A stretch of DNA of 64,000 bases from Oikopleura dioica (GCA_907165135.1 OU015570.1:2563929-2627928); one strand, 5' to 3'. Shown: positions 1 to 12,378, counted from the stretch's first letter. The notes: generated by a model not told the origin, from the letters alone. A program made the numbers and translations.

Positions 1-619
1 AATTTTTCGATAATGAATGTGACTTTCCGCCGCTTATTAACCCTCTCGTGTTCACTCACTGTAAATAAAACCAATTTTATGACCTACTCCGCGTAGTTCG
101 ATTCTTATCTGCCAAAACATCAGTGCGCATCACTGTAAACATTCGCTTTTTGACATACTTTCTTGTTCTCATTTGATCTTTATCCTTATTCTGATTTTAT
201 GATACTTACAATCTTACTGTATATAAAATTATCTTTTCCCTCAAAAAATTTATCTGTAGGAGGGGTGAAGTGGTGCCAACTAGGCCGATTTCCTCGTTTG
301 TCACAATTCTAGTGACAGTTACGGCCCGCGCCCCACTGCACACCTTACGCGGCGACCACTCTGACCAGTTCCACCTCGCTTGCCAGATTGGCAGTCCCAT
401 CCATCACACTTTTACGCCTTCTGCACAACCCTGGTGCCACCATTTTTCACTCTCTCTCTATCGCCAAGCCACCTAGAATCCCAACCCTTGATAACTTTCT
501 GTACAGCCATTTTTCGGCATTCACTTTTCCCAATATACTTGGTCCTCAGTGACCCCAATAATTGTCGAGTCCTTTTTGCGGCCCAGTTGAAACCTTTCAG
601 GGTGCAAGACAGATATTCA

Positions 620-832
620 CGTCTTTGACTGACCGTCCGTAATAATTGAACATACCCATGACTTTTTGAGCTTCCTTTACCGTTGTAGGATATTTGACTT
701 TGGTCAAAATTTCAACTTTACTAGGATCTGCGGTAACACCGTCTTCGCTTATGTAATATCCCAAAAATTTAGATTTTTCTGAAAAGAATGATGATTTACC
801 AAGGGAAATAACTAAATTATGCTCACATAGCC
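620..832 (-). pseudogene. Ty3/Gypsy reverse transcriptase C-terminal fragment
   Basis: Manual minus-strand translation LCEHNLVISLGKSSFFSEKSKFLGYYISEDGVTADPSKVEILTKVKYPTTVKEAQKVMGMFNYYGR matches the Gypsy RT pattern FLG..IS..G...DP.KV...P.T.KE....LG..NYY. Truncated on both sides. Confidence 0.8.
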
Positions 833-2196
833 ACCAAGTACCACGTCCACTGCCTCACCACTTTGGATCGGCACCACTTTGTACATTATTTCTTTGCCCT
901 GTACTGTTGGTTGTGGCCGAATTGTTGGGCTTTGAATGTGATTGGAATAGGACCGTTTGTGGTAGAGAGTGGCTGTGACGAAGAGACTAGGATTGGGCTG
1001 ACATGATCTCCACTTGAGCTTGGCGATTTTGATGAGCAGCAGAAAGATTCTTATCCCAAGGGTGATCTTAGTTGGACATGCACTCGTTCGGATTCACAAA
1101 TCGATTCTTAAGCTCAGAGTGGTGGCAATTTTAGCCCCAAAACTGGTTAAGTTTGAATTAAAAGAAAGAAAAAATAAACAGAAAAAATCATTTGTGACAA
1201 AAATTTGCTCAAGCAAAAGTTGAACTTTATAACAAAATAAATCTTCGATTTTTCTTGCTCTGCGGATTTTCTCATGCATCGAATCAGTAAAATCATTTTT
1301 CGGAAAAGAAACGAATCTTCATTTTGATTCATGATCGAACGACGAATCAGATACATTAAAATCACTTCTTCGGACCAAAATCCTGACCCCAATGTTTTTC
1401 GTTCTTATCTTGTAGTTCAGGTTCTGGGGAGTCGAATGGTATAATTTTTATAGGTCGGTTATACTATATTATATAGGGTTCTAGAGCTATAAGTACGTGA
1501 AAATAACAAGTACTGAAGCCTCAGAACTCTGAAACTTTCTTTATAAAGTATAGTGATTTTGGGCTCTTTCGAAAGCGCAGCTCAAACTGTGGTTGGGCAG
1601 ACTATGCACGACGTAAAATTTTTTGAAAAAAATTTTGAGTGGAAAGTTTTTTGGCTTAAAAAATTTTTCTGTTGAGAATTATCGGCTGCCCACCAACTGC
1701 CCAACCACAGTTTGAGTCGGGCTTTCCAATGATACCTATATGTCCATACTTTCTTTGAAAATTTTCGGAGATATAGGGCTTCACTAGAATTTTTCAATAG
1801 GGGCGCCTATGACGTCATTAATGATGACTCAGGCCCTCAAAGGTATATGAATCGACTCCTCAGGAGCTGCCCTTTCGAATGAGCATAAGAAAGATGGAGG
1901 ATAGAATTTTCTTCCGAAGAAGTGATTTTCATGTATCATCCGAGCGCGGCGCGCATTTTTTGAGAAGGACGATGATGAATGAAAATGACATTTTCGGGAC
2001 CATATCCGAAGGCTTATGTTTATAAATTCTAATTGAAAAAAGCAATTTATTAGTATTTATAAAAATAGTTCAAAAATAATTTATTTTAAAATTTTTTTTT
2101 TCAAAAAATTTGCTCGAGGGGGGGGTGAGGTGAAAAGTTTTTCTGGTTGACCTGTTTATTTTTGTGTTTGAAAACATTTTTTCCTTTCATTTTCCC

Positions 2197-2302
2197 TACC
2201 TGGACCAAAATCCTTACCTGGACCATTTTGGATTTTGGTCCAGGTAAGGAAATTGTCCAGGTAAGGATTTGGTCCAAGTAAGGATTTGGTCCAGGTAAGG
2301 AT
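2197..2302. repeat. Short ~17-18-bp repeats in head-to-head arrangement (MITE-like)
   Basis: ccttacctggacca-type units followed by four inverted tggtccaggtaagga-type units. Confidence 0.6.
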
Positions 2303-2666
2303 CAACCGTAAGAGATTATTTCGCCTTTTTCTCGTGTTTGGGAGGGATGTAAGAGATCGGAATTTTTGCCGAGCTCGCTTCCTCTCCGTCCCCTCATCTC
2401 TTATCATTAGACCAGGCGCTCGGAGGAAATTTAGCGAAAAATCCTGCCCATATAAAAGGTGGTATTTTTCAGACCCTGGAGGGCTATACGGGCAGTAAAT
2501 TTAGCGAATTTACTGCCCATATATTCAAAGGTATTTCTCAGATCCTGAAGGGTTATGCGGGCAGGATTTTTCGCTAAATATACTGCCCGCCGTATGATCC
2601 TGATAAAAAAAGAGAGAGAAAATCAAATTTTGTTTTAAAGTGATATATTGATATATATAATATACT

Positions 2667-3073
2667 GGGGGTGCACAGTGGGAAAATGGGTAAAATAAAA
2701 ATGATTTTTATAATATATAAAGCCCTGCAATCGACATCTTTAGTATCCGAGCTTGATTTTTGTTCATTATGAGAACACTAAAAAACGTCATCTTCATCCC
2801 TAAAATCACGTGAGAAGATTGCTCAAGGCACATTTTTTACTGTAGAAAAAAAGTTCCAAAAGGTTCCCTCGTGATTTTTAGTTATTTAATAGAGCAAAAA
2901 TTTCCTTTCTAATGGTGTGCGAATGATCTCGGGCACTTTCCGGCAAAAATTCTAGAGCAGAATCTTTGTCAAAATTCTTTACTTTTCAGCCAAGTGGGGT
3001 GTTCGAATCCCGACGATGACAATTTTTTCAGATCAGTTTTCCCCGTTAATTGATGAACACTGATCATGTGATC
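2667..3073. repeat. Dispersed ~400-bp repeat, copy 1 (other copies 22161-22233 plus 33945-34155, and 56877-57290)
   Basis: Shared blocks ggggtgcacagtgg, ggcactttccggcaaaaattctagagc and ggtgttc(g/a)a(a/g)tcc in all three copies. Copy 2 is split by the foldback element that hosts LTR elements C and D. Confidence 0.75.
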
Positions 3074-3180
3074 TTCGGGCCGTCTCAGCCCCGTCCCTGG
3101 CTTTTAATTTTAAATGGGCTTGACGGCCCTTCGGGCCGTCTCAGCCCCGTCCCTGGCTTTTAATTATAAATGGGCTTGAC
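3074..3180 (+). repeat. 56-bp tandem repeat (about 2 copies), inverted relative to 5245-5407
   Basis: ttcgggccgtctcagccccgtccctggc starts at 3074 and 3130. Confidence 0.8.
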
Positions 3181-4433
3181 AAAGGCCTTTGATCCCAAAT
3201 TCTTGACTTAGCTGATTATTTTTATAGGGCTGTCCCCAACCCCACCCGCTCCCTTTCTTATTAAATGTTTATTGCTCAAAATTTTAATAGTTTTATGGTT
3301 ATAAACAAGATTTTTTATTCAAGAATATTATCAAGCAAATTTTTATAGTGAAATTAAATTTTTCTCATTTTTTCAATTTTTGCTCTGATGGCTCAGGATG
3401 GGTCCGGATGAGTGTTATATGATAATTCTTATGATCAGTGATCATCAGCGATCAAAATTATAAGCTATTATATACATTGTATTCATTGAATTTTAAATTT
3501 TTGTCTTCTATATCTTCAACTTTGGAGCTCATCCACGGCCGAGCTTGATCTGATTTTGCAGCTCAATGTGCCCCGGTTTATGTTTACTCAGGCTCAACTT
3601 GAGCCGCTCAAGTCAGCTCACGCCGAGAATTACTGCTAGGAGCTGCTTCGGCAGGAGTTCGCAGCAGGATGCGCTTGTCGGTGGGCCCCTTGCATCCTAT
3701 TTGCACAGCTTGACACCTTGCCCGTATCTCTACCTGCAAAATTTCAGGCGCCAATACAAAGTGGAGAACCCCCAAAGTTCGAGAAAATGAGTTTTTTCAA
3801 GAACAATAAACGTGTCTTAAAACATTCAAAAAATATGTTTTCGACCCCCAAAAATTCAAATCCGAGTACTAAATTTCGAAAAAAGTTCACCTTAGGGTCA
3901 CCAGAGGTTATAAAAATTCGAAAAAATGTGTTTTTTCAAGAACAATATATGTGTCTTAAAACATTCTAAAACTATTATAAATAATATAAATATAATATAA
4001 CTTTTCATCGTCGACCAATCAAATCAAATGCTCATTCGCTTGGACACTCTTTCGCTTGTGTCCGTGCAAAAGAGCGTCCCGAGCATTTGAGCGCCCGCGC
4101 AAATGAGCGCGACGAGCATTTGAGTGTGCTCCGATTAAATCTCCACGGGCCTGTTAACGGGTTAAACCCGCGGAGCGGGCGTTTATTGCTTGAAAATTAA
4201 ATGAAAAATTGATCATTTATGTTTAATTACTATTATTTCTATTTTTTATCAATGAGAATGGCAGAATTGAGGAGTTTCACTCAAAGAAAGTATCTTTGCA
4301 TTTGCGGTCAATTTAAATAAGTTTCTAATATTTTTTGTCTGAGATCATGATAAATGAACTTTTCAAGTTGTTAAATAACTATCCAAGTCTCATTCATTAC
4401 AGTGAAAACCAACTTTAAGGGGCGCACTGGTTA

Positions 4434-4490
4434 TGTCGCTGAATGTCGCCGAATGTCGCTGAATGTCGCCGAAGGTCGCCGAGTGTCGCC
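4434..4490. repeat. 10-bp tandem repeat (tgtcgcYgaa, about 6 copies)
   Basis: Read directly from the sequence. Confidence 0.85.
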
Positions 4491-4652
4491 ACTTATTTTC
4501 GAAAAAATAGGAATTATGAAAGAAAAATTGTTTTTTGGCTCAAATATTCAAAACAAACTTGTTCTAGAACCGAAAAAGGCGGAAATAGTAGGAGGGGCGG
4601 CAATAGAAGTCGGATAACAACAAATTTTCACATATTTTTGGGACAAAAATGA

Positions 4653-5979
4653 CTTATAAGTAGGGTCCGTACACAAAAATTAGGTACCCGAAATAATGGC
4701 TCAATCTTTTGATTTTCTAATATGTTTAAGAAATAGCTAATCTAAGTGATTTTGCTTTTTACCTTTTCCTAAACTAAAGGGTTGAACAGATATCATAAGT
4801 CAAAAATGGGCATTTTCGGGTTCAATATGTTCTCCATCGACTTCAAAAAATTTGAGGGTACCAATATGACCGGAAGACCGAGCTTAACTCAAATTCGTTT
4901 TAAAAAATCTGAAACACCCACTCCCTCGCCCGTAATTAACAAAAAACTGTAAATTTCGCCGATGTTTTGAACGCGGCGCGCAGCGCTCGATCACGCACGG
5001 GAGCGCGTGATAGAGGGTGGCCGCGCAAATTTGCGAAAATTTGAGAGCTAGATATAAAAGCTCTCTTAGTTTTTTTTTCAAAAATAATAGTAATTTGATA
5101 TTGATAAATAATTTAAAAGACTAATTAAGGGAGAGGGTGAGGTTTAAAAAAATTAAATGAAAACCATAAGAAAAAATAAAACCGAGTGTATAAAAATAAA
5201 TTGGGAAAAGGGAGTGGGAGGGGTTGGGGACTGGACCGGCCTCTGTCAAGCCCCTTAATTAAAATTTGCCAGGGATGGGGCTGAGACGGCCCGAAGGGCC
5301 GTCAAGCCCCTTAATTAAAATTTGCCAGGGATGGGGCTGAGACGGCCCGAAGGGCCGTCAAGCCCCTTAATTAAAATTTGCCAGGGATGGGGCTGAGACG
5401 GCCCGAAATTATAAATTATAATTCATAATTTAATCATAATATAATTTATCAAAAATAAAGATATAAATTTTATTCAAATTAAAACTTCTTTTTTATTTTA
5501 AATTAATTTCATTATTTAAAGACTCAATTTATATGAGTATTTATTGAATTAATATTATTAAAAACTTTTTTTATTTCAAATTGTCCCTAGCGCGGTATTT
5601 TTCCTTTTACGCCGCGCTCACCCTACAATTTCCAAATAAGGAAAGTGAGGCGCTGTACGCGCGGCGCGCCGCAAAAAGGCTCATTCTTGAGCTTTTTCTC
5701 TAATTTGAGCATGTTCTCCTCGTGTTTCAAACTTTTTATTAAAGATTAAAACAAAAATCCCCCTTTTACATAACTTGAAATTATAAATTTTTTTGAAATC
5801 GATGGAGAAGGCTATTTTTTAGCCTATTTTGGCGATTTACTCCTCAACCCTTTTTCAAAATTTATGAAAAAATGTTTTTATATTTGTTAAGGGCATTCAA
5901 TTAACCCCTTAAAATTTTAAATCATTTACTTTGTGGATAAAAAGTTAGAATTTTTGTGTACGGACCCTACTCATAAGGG
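4653..5979. mobile_element. Degraded TIR element with a piggyBac-like right end
   Basis: ~29-bp inverted repeat cttataagtagggtccgtacacaaaaatt / aatttttgtgtacggaccctactcataag. The right end reads AGGG|TTAA; the left terminus is eroded. Confidence 0.5.
5245..5407 (-). repeat. 56-bp tandem repeat (about 3 copies) with GAA-loop hairpin
   Basis: Units start at 5245, 5301 and 5357. Junctions form the perfect hairpin gacggccc-gaa-gggccgtc. Confidence 0.9.
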
Positions 5980-6782
5980 TTAATTGGGAAAGGCCCGAGT
6001 CAACCGCATGTTTCTTTCGCCCGAATCAAGTAGGATTCCAAATAGGTTCTTTAAATTGGACTCTTAATGATTCTTTTTTCAAAAATATTTTTCTGTCAAC
6101 ATATCAGAGAAATGGATCGAAAATCTCCATGGAAATCTTCATGCACTTGAACCCATCAATCTTCAAGCGATCATGCATCAACACAGGACTACTTCAAGAG
6201 GATTTTTCGACGTGAAATCAAGCAGTTTGAAGATCTCGATGTTGCAGAAAATGTTCTGGACAAACAAGAAGAAGAATTTGTCGAGCATTTTCTGGCGCTT
6301 CAAATTGTTGAAACACTTCCTTGAACTCGGATGAAGATTGAAGAACTGCCTCAAGTTCAAGTGACAGACAATGCCGACACTGAAAAGCCATTGACTTTAA
6401 AATGGCCGTAGACACAGTCGCTGATAACTGGCTTTTACAAGCGAAATTGCTCCTTTCGGATTTTGAAAAATTAAAAAAATGGCCTTAAAGTGGATTTTTA
6501 GGATGACAGATTTTGGAGATTTTCCGAAAAAGTGGCCTTAAAAGGGTGAGCCTTAAAATGGGTTTTCACTGTATATTCCTCAAGGTTAATTCGCAAATAA
6601 ATGTGTCTCTGTTTTCATGCCATTTTCAGTGAATTCGTGCCATTCGCGCCATTTTCAGTATTGACCGCGATTTTGGCATTTTTGGCATTTTAAATGGCGA
6701 TTATCATCACGTGACAATCAAAATTCAAATATATTTTCAAGATTCTTTTTGGTTAGCAATAAAATATCTCTTCCCAAAAATC

Positions 6783-7253
6783 GGTTGTCACTTCCAACCT
6801 TTCGGGATCCCGAATGTTTCGGGATTTCCCGAATCTTTCGGGATTACTCCCGAATCTTTCGGGATTTCCCGAACCTTTCGGGATCGCCCGAATCTTTCGG
6901 GAGTTTTGTTGAGGATTACGTTAAAAAAGTGGCATAAATGCCGAATTATGGTATTTTACTAATCAAAGAGATAACTCTATCTGCCTTCGTCGAATTCGAA
7001 GAAGCCGAGACCTTTTATAAATGTTGAATTTGTAGTCAAAGAGAATGTGTGCGCTCCGCGCCTGTTTTATAGAGAACTTCATGAGCTATAGATCCATTTT
7101 TTCGAGTTTATAATTTTTTCCTTAGCGCCTCCATTTTCTTCAATAAAGATGTATTTTGACGTGACTGTTTGACTTAAAATATTTTCTGGGATAGAAACTA
7201 TTGAAAATCATCCCCGAAAGGTTCGGGATCCCGAAAGGTTGGAAGATTCAACC
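6783..7253. mobile_element. MITE with 9-bp TSD (Mutator/Merlin-like)
   Basis: TIR ggttg..cttccaacctttcgggatcccgaa with inverse at 7221-7253. TSD ccaaaaatc at 6774-6782 and 7254-7262. Subterminal ttcgggat..cccgaa repeats. Confidence 0.8.
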
Positions 7254-7457
7254 CCAAAAATCTTTAATTTTTTCCTAGGACGAAAAAGTCCATTTTTGTA
7301 TCCCAACTCTGATTTTCAAATTATGAAGTGATTATTAAAGTATGTTACTCTTGAATGGCAGGCTTGTTGTCGTTGTTTTCGTGGTAACAGTCAGTTCCAT
7401 TTTTGCATCATTCAGGAAACTGCATTTTTGTTTCTTACTGTTCCAACTATTTTTCAC

Positions 7458-7499
7458 ATAGCACTGATGAAGGCGAAATCGCCGGAAAGCTTCTGCTGT
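7458..7499 (+). ncRNA. Minimal type I hammerhead ribozyme (Penelope/retrozyme-like)
   Basis: Stem I atagca/tgctgt, core CTGATGA, stem II ggcga-aa-tcgcc, GAAA, palindromic aagctt, predicted cleavage after C7493. AATAAA follows at 7501. Confidence 0.65.
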
Positions 7500-8151
7500 A
7501 AATAAAACTATACATACTGTATTTGTGGTATTTCAAAAATCACGATGTTTTTAAGAAGGAATAAATGGTATGAAAATGGTAACACAGTCCACAAAAGAGG
7601 AAAGCAACTGTTGAATTTCGGAGGAAATACATAAAATGAATCTTCTTAGTTAAACAATCACTCTTTCCCCGGCAGTTTTTTTATTTTGTCACTATCTTTT
7701 CGTTTGCCTTATCTTTTTAAGTTTTATGGCTGTTATACTAGAAAATTACTATAAAAAATAGGAAAGCGTGAATTATTTATGATCCATGGAGTATTTTGCT
7801 TTTTGCATCGCACTCAGACCTTTTATTTTTTTACAGCGATGCTCAGAGCATTACCCGAAAAGTTTCTAGAAAGTCGTTTCGCTCAAAAACAACCCAAAAT
7901 TCTGTACACCAAAAATATTGCACATTTATCATGGATGAGGCGCGCCTTGAAGGCAAGAATCCGAAGTATTCATGATATTTGACTCTAACGTCATTTTCGT
8001 ACAGGAGGAGATAAATTAGGTGGTATGCTGTCACCTGGGAACCAGGTTCCCAGATTAGAATTTTTTACCAATCTGTAGGCTTACCGGACTACATTTCTAG
8101 ATCTAGAACATTCAACAGTCGGTCAGAAAGCTCAAACTCTGAGCTTTCTAT

Positions 8152-11100
8152 TGTAAGGAATCTGCTAAACTGCCTTTTCCCACTGGAAGAATGCCTGCTA
8201 ATCTCTAAGGACAACAAGGAAGAGTCGGTAGTAGAGTAATCGTTGCTGTATATTTTGTAGAGAAAAGTTGGAAATAAATAACGAGTTGCTCGGAGGAGGT
8301 AAAAGTTACGAATGCCACTTCTGATCGGGCTCGACCGGAGTTGCGCTCGATCAGATAATGATAACGTGGGCGAGAGTCTAGCAAACCCTATACTCCCCTG
8401 AGACTTGAGCATATGATAAGAATAGTGGCAGGAATAGACTTTGACGCATCTAATGAACAGGATCTTGAGAAAGTGCTACATTCTGGGTTCGATTCTGCGT
8501 TAAAAAACCACGTGGGAGAAAAAGCATGAATCTAGACCAGAATATGTAGAGTAGCTCTTCTAGCGATGGCGAGCGGGCGAATCGGCTGGATCAGGGATTG
8601 TGCTCAATAAATGGTCGGCGACGGTACTGTAGTGATAAAGTCTAACCTTTTCAGGCCCCGGTCGATGATACAGAGCGAGCTCTGTTGGACCTGAAGGGGC
8701 AGCATTTTACGCATAGTTGTAGCTCTTGCTGCTGGAGCTACTGATGTTCATCGGTTGAACTTGGGTTTTCACTCGAGATGATGTCCGCGGCGCTTTCGAA
8801 TCCAGTTCGACAACTGTACTGTTCGGAGAAGCTTCGGGTCGAGTTCGCTTTTGACGTCGTTTTTGCACTGGATTGGGTCTCTTTTGTGATGCGACATTTT
8901 CTGACGTATGATTTAAATCTGCCGCATCACGCGACTTGACATCTAAGTTCTGGGTAGATAGAGCTTGAGAATGGGCTGATTCGGAGATGGTGTTTTCCAA
9001 GGTGGTTCCACCAGTAGTATCATCCGCGGCATATTTCACAGGCGAGATATCTGGGTTGATAGTCTGAACCTGAGACCTTTTGACGGGCGTATAACTCCTC
9101 TCCCCCTGAGACGATGAATCCGATTGAGTTGATTTCTTTGGAGGTGGAATTCGCGGTTGAGCTATTTGATGAGCCTTCGACTTGATGGTCGAGGTGAGGT
9201 GAGGGAAAATACAGTCCATTTCGAAATCGTCGATGAATTTCAAATTGTCGAGTCGTCGAGAAGCGTGACCACTGTGCTGGATGATGCTGGACAAAGCTAA
9301 ATCCGGCATTTTACCGTTTTGTAGTTGTAGAAAGAGCAAGTTGCAATGATCGGAATGTAGGTAGAAGTGGTGTCCATTTAGCATCATCTCCGGACACTCG
9401 CATCCCCATTCAATCGCAAGGTGTTCTTTGTGAGTGTTGGAATCCGCGGCTGACCAATATGCCCATTTTGGAGGGCGAGCCAATCGCATTTGTAGCTCCT
9501 TTAGCGCGAAATTCGCATTTTGTGACCCTTTGAAAACGGCTGTGTCAGTCGCCGAGTTTCTGACTGAGTAAAGTGGCACAATGCGATGAGAAAAGCTGTC
9601 TGTTGCGATCTTTTCTCCCACTGTCGTTTCAAGAAATGGTCGAACCCAAAGAGGCTCAATTACCGACGTGAGTTCCTTTAAGTTCCCTGGGGGTTCCATC
9701 ATCCGCGGTTTCAACAGATTTTCTGGGCCTGGCCTAGCCTCAGACTGCGTGATGTCTCGGCCAAGGAGTCTCGCCGGTGGGGGATTTTTTGTTTCCGCCC
9801 CGAACGGAAAATTTCCCGGTTGACCATTCCGAAGGAGCGAAGCCTCATCTACCTGTTGTGACTTGTCGCTATTGTCCGGAAATGTGTTGTTAAGCACCTC
9901 TTTTACTCGCTTCGCTGGGCATCCTTGGTCACGGGAGTTTGGTGATGCAGCTAACGTAAACTTTTTGTTGTCCGCGGTAACGTTCGTAGCTTTAGATCGC
10001 TCATTGTGGGTGATTCGGAAACATTTGACTCGGCTATGAGCCACACCCTTGAGTTTTATCGTTTGGGACTTTGTCTTCGTAAAAGAGTTGTCGAAATATA
10101 ACGTAAGGGTTCTTAACTTGTTGTCGACGGCGAGTCCGTCAATCGCCGCGTTGTCGAGAACGTCTCTGCCCAGTAGATTCGGAAAACCGGCGGGCGTAAC
10201 CACCAGCTCGACCTTGATTTGTGGTCCATCGTTGAAGGAGAACCGACAATTCAGTAAACCAAGAGGCCTTTGCGGCGGTGACTTGGGGTCGAATCCGGAA
10301 ATGTCGAACGGGCAGGGTTGGAGTTGTTTGAGAATTTGGTCGGGTACGCAATCGACTGAAACTGTAGAAGAAGCAGCTCCGCTGTCTACCTCCATCATGG
10401 TGTCAAAACTTTTAGAGTCCACCGTGATGGTTGTAGCTGCGAAGTTAGTCTTGATTGAATTCTTCGACTTCAGTTGATAGTATTGGAATGGTTCCAGTTG
10501 TTCTTCAATTGTCGTCTTCATCACTTTCTTTTCGGATTTGTCGTCGCAGTCGGTATCTTCGCTATTCGAGTTTCCGTCTTTCGGGCCTTTCTTTCGCCTG
10601 TTCCATCTACCGCCTTTCTTCTTTAGGAAGTTGACGGAGACAGAGGTGTCAACTCTGTTTTGGATGGTTTGTTGTGCCAGACGAGCAAGTTCCTTTATTG
10701 AGAAGACGTTGCTCAGGGAAGGAGAAATCTGATTGAAAACTTCAGGCTCATTGGATCGTAACTGGAGATAGAGCAGCATGGCTTCTATGACTTCGAAGAC
10801 ATCATCGGCTTCTAGATCTCGGTTTTTTTGAGATTTGAACGCGGCTTTAATCGCTCCTTTCGCCTCTCTCATCTTTTTCTGGACTTCCGCGGCGTAGTGC
10901 GCGGTTGGCTTCGTGGAGTCAAATTCGATGTCCCATACTTCTGATAAGGAGAGAAAAAAGTGGCTCTTATCGCCGAAATTCTTTTCTAGAATTGTCTTTG
11001 CGTCTTCCCAGGTTGAGCACTGGAGGATTTCTTCACCGATCTGTCGCTCGATAGAGATATCGAGGTGTGAGTAAACGCAGTTCAAGAATGCTTTTAGTCT

Positions 11101-12378
11101 GCTTGCGTGACCTTCGACGTGTGCTTTGTAAAATATCGAAAGTCGGCCCAAGAAGTTCGTAAATTCTGCGTGTGAACTTCCATCGAGTTTGGAGGTGTCT
11201 GTCATGTATCGTGTAAATGTGGCTGTGATGTGAGCTTCTTCTCGATAATTCGCGGTTGTTTGGTGACCTTGGGCAAAAGACTGGGAGCGGTTCAGTTCGT
11301 GTTTGCAGAGGCTTCCCATCATCGCGTTTATTCTGTCTCTCTCGAGTATGTTCTTGTTGATGAGAGGGCGAAGAATCGCTTCTTTCGTTGCGTCAGTTTG
11401 GATTTGACTCTCCAGGTCGCGATTCATGTCCAGAAGTAATGAGATTCGGACGCCCGCTTCGTATATTGATCCCGGATCGTTGTCGGTCATAGCTCAAAAT
11501 GTGCGAAGTCACGAGATCTTGATCAAAAGTTTTACCTTTTGGGCCCTCAGAAATAGCCAGCAACTTTTTACAGTTACTGACAGAGACGCTGAGGTGCCGA
11601 TGTGCGCGTTTGTGGATCTCGGAGTTCTAGTCTTCTGGCAATTTTTCTCTTGCTGGAAGTGTTCTTCGTAAAATCTCTGTCTTCTGTGTTTTTGTTTTGT
11701 TTTTCGCGGCTTTGTATTTTCTGATTTATTTTCAGAGTGAGTGGTGTTTCGTTTTCGCGTGTGTAGGTGGGCGTTGCGTCACTAGTCCGCGGCGGGGCCT
11801 AGGCGGCGGCGTGGTGGCGCGCGCGAGGTGTTGGAGGAGTGTGTGTGGTGAGCGAAGGAGTGGTGCGGGCGTGTTCCGTTGCTCGGTGCGTGGGTTTGTC
11901 GTTTTATTCTCGCGGCGATTTCGGTTGGCGGTGATCAGGGCCAACGGAATTTTTGTGCGCGGCGGGAATTTCTGTTTTCGTAATTCTCGTAATTTTCTCT
12001 TGAAACGGCGTTTCTAGCGGTTCCAAGGAAAAAAAGGAGTTGATTCGTAATCCGCGGTCTCTGATTGGTCGAAACGGCGAAAATTACTCGTCGGAGAAGT
12101 CGTCACTTTTCCAGAATCTGGGTCTTCTTGACACCACTGTAAGAAATCTGCAAAACTGCCTTTTCCCACTGGAAGAATGCCTGCTAATCTCTAAGGACAA
12201 CAAGGAAGAGTCGGTAGTAGAGTAATCGTTGCTGTATATTTTGTAGAGAAAAGTTGGAAATAAATAACGAGTTGCTCGGAGGAGGTAAAAGTTACGAATG
12301 CCACTTCTGATCGGGCTCGACCGGAGTTGCGCTCGATCAGATAATGATAACGTGGGCGAGAGTCTAGCAAACCCTATA
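8152..12378 (-). mobile_element. LTR element A, non-autonomous Ty3/Gypsy derivative
   Basis: 241-bp LTRs at 8152-8392 and 12138-12378 (2 mismatches seen). TSD ctat. PBS TGGTGTCAAGAAG (tRNA-Leu-like) at 12124-12136. PPT aggggag at 8393-8399. Confidence 0.95.
8707..11490 (-). CDS. gag: Gag-protease fused to degenerate RT/RNase H remnants (927 aa)
   Basis: Protease motifs VDSGA and LLGRD. Remnants LLGRDITQSEARP, PPGNLKEL, KEHLAI..W and GHHFYLHSDH. No YxDD motif and no integrase DDE core. Confidence 0.85.
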   Translation of the reverse strand: MTDNDPGSIYEAGVRISLLLDMNRDLESQIQTDATKEAILRPLINKNILERDRINAMMGSLCKHELNRSQSFAQGHQTTANYREEAHITATFTRYMTDTSKLDGSSHAEFTNFLGRLSIFYKAHVEGHASRLKAFLNCVYSHLDISIERQIGEEILQCSTWEDAKTILEKNFGDKSHFFLSLSEVWDIEFDSTKPTAHYAAEVQKKMREAKGAIKAAFKSQKNRDLEADDVFEVIEAMLLYLQLRSNEPEVFNQISPSLSNVFSIKELARLAQQTIQNRVDTSVSVNFLKKKGGRWNRRKKGPKDGNSNSEDTDCDDKSEKKVMKTTIEEQLEPFQYYQLKSKNSIKTNFAATTITVDSKSFDTMMEVDSGAASSTVSVDCVPDQILKQLQPCPFDISGFDPKSPPQRPLGLLNCRFSFNDGPQIKVELVVTPAGFPNLLGRDVLDNAAIDGLAVDNKLRTLTLYFDNSFTKTKSQTIKLKGVAHSRVKCFRITHNERSKATNVTADNKKFTLAASPNSRDQGCPAKRVKEVLNNTFPDNSDKSQQVDEASLLRNGQPGNFPFGAETKNPPPARLLGRDITQSEARPGPENLLKPRMMEPPGNLKELTSVIEPLWVRPFLETTVGEKIATDSFSHRIVPLYSVRNSATDTAVFKGSQNANFALKELQMRLARPPKWAYWSAADSNTHKEHLAIEWGCECPEMMLNGHHFYLHSDHCNLLFLQLQNGKMPDLALSSIIQHSGHASRRLDNLKFIDDFEMDCIFPHLTSTIKSKAHQIAQPRIPPPKKSTQSDSSSQGERSYTPVKRSQVQTINPDISPVKYAADDTTGGTTLENTISESAHSQALSTQNLDVKSRDAADLNHTSENVASQKRPNPVQKRRQKRTRPEASPNSTVVELDSKAPRTSSRVKTQVQPMNISSSSSKSYNYA

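Noticed and set aside
2673-2682. CACAGTG (RSS heptamer / Transib-like terminus) in three repeat copies
   Set aside because: No matching inverted end or 5-bp TSD, and homology extends outside the heptamer (ggggtg).
2995-3015. GTTCGAATCC B-box as a tRNA gene or SINE (also ~57213)
   Set aside because: No cloverleaf or correctly spaced A-box could be built. It lies inside a dispersed repeat, and one copy has the motif mutated.
6110-6440. Coding-like stretch (DYFKRIFRREIKQFEDL...)
   Set aside because: Interrupted by stops with no recognisable domain; too weak to annotate.
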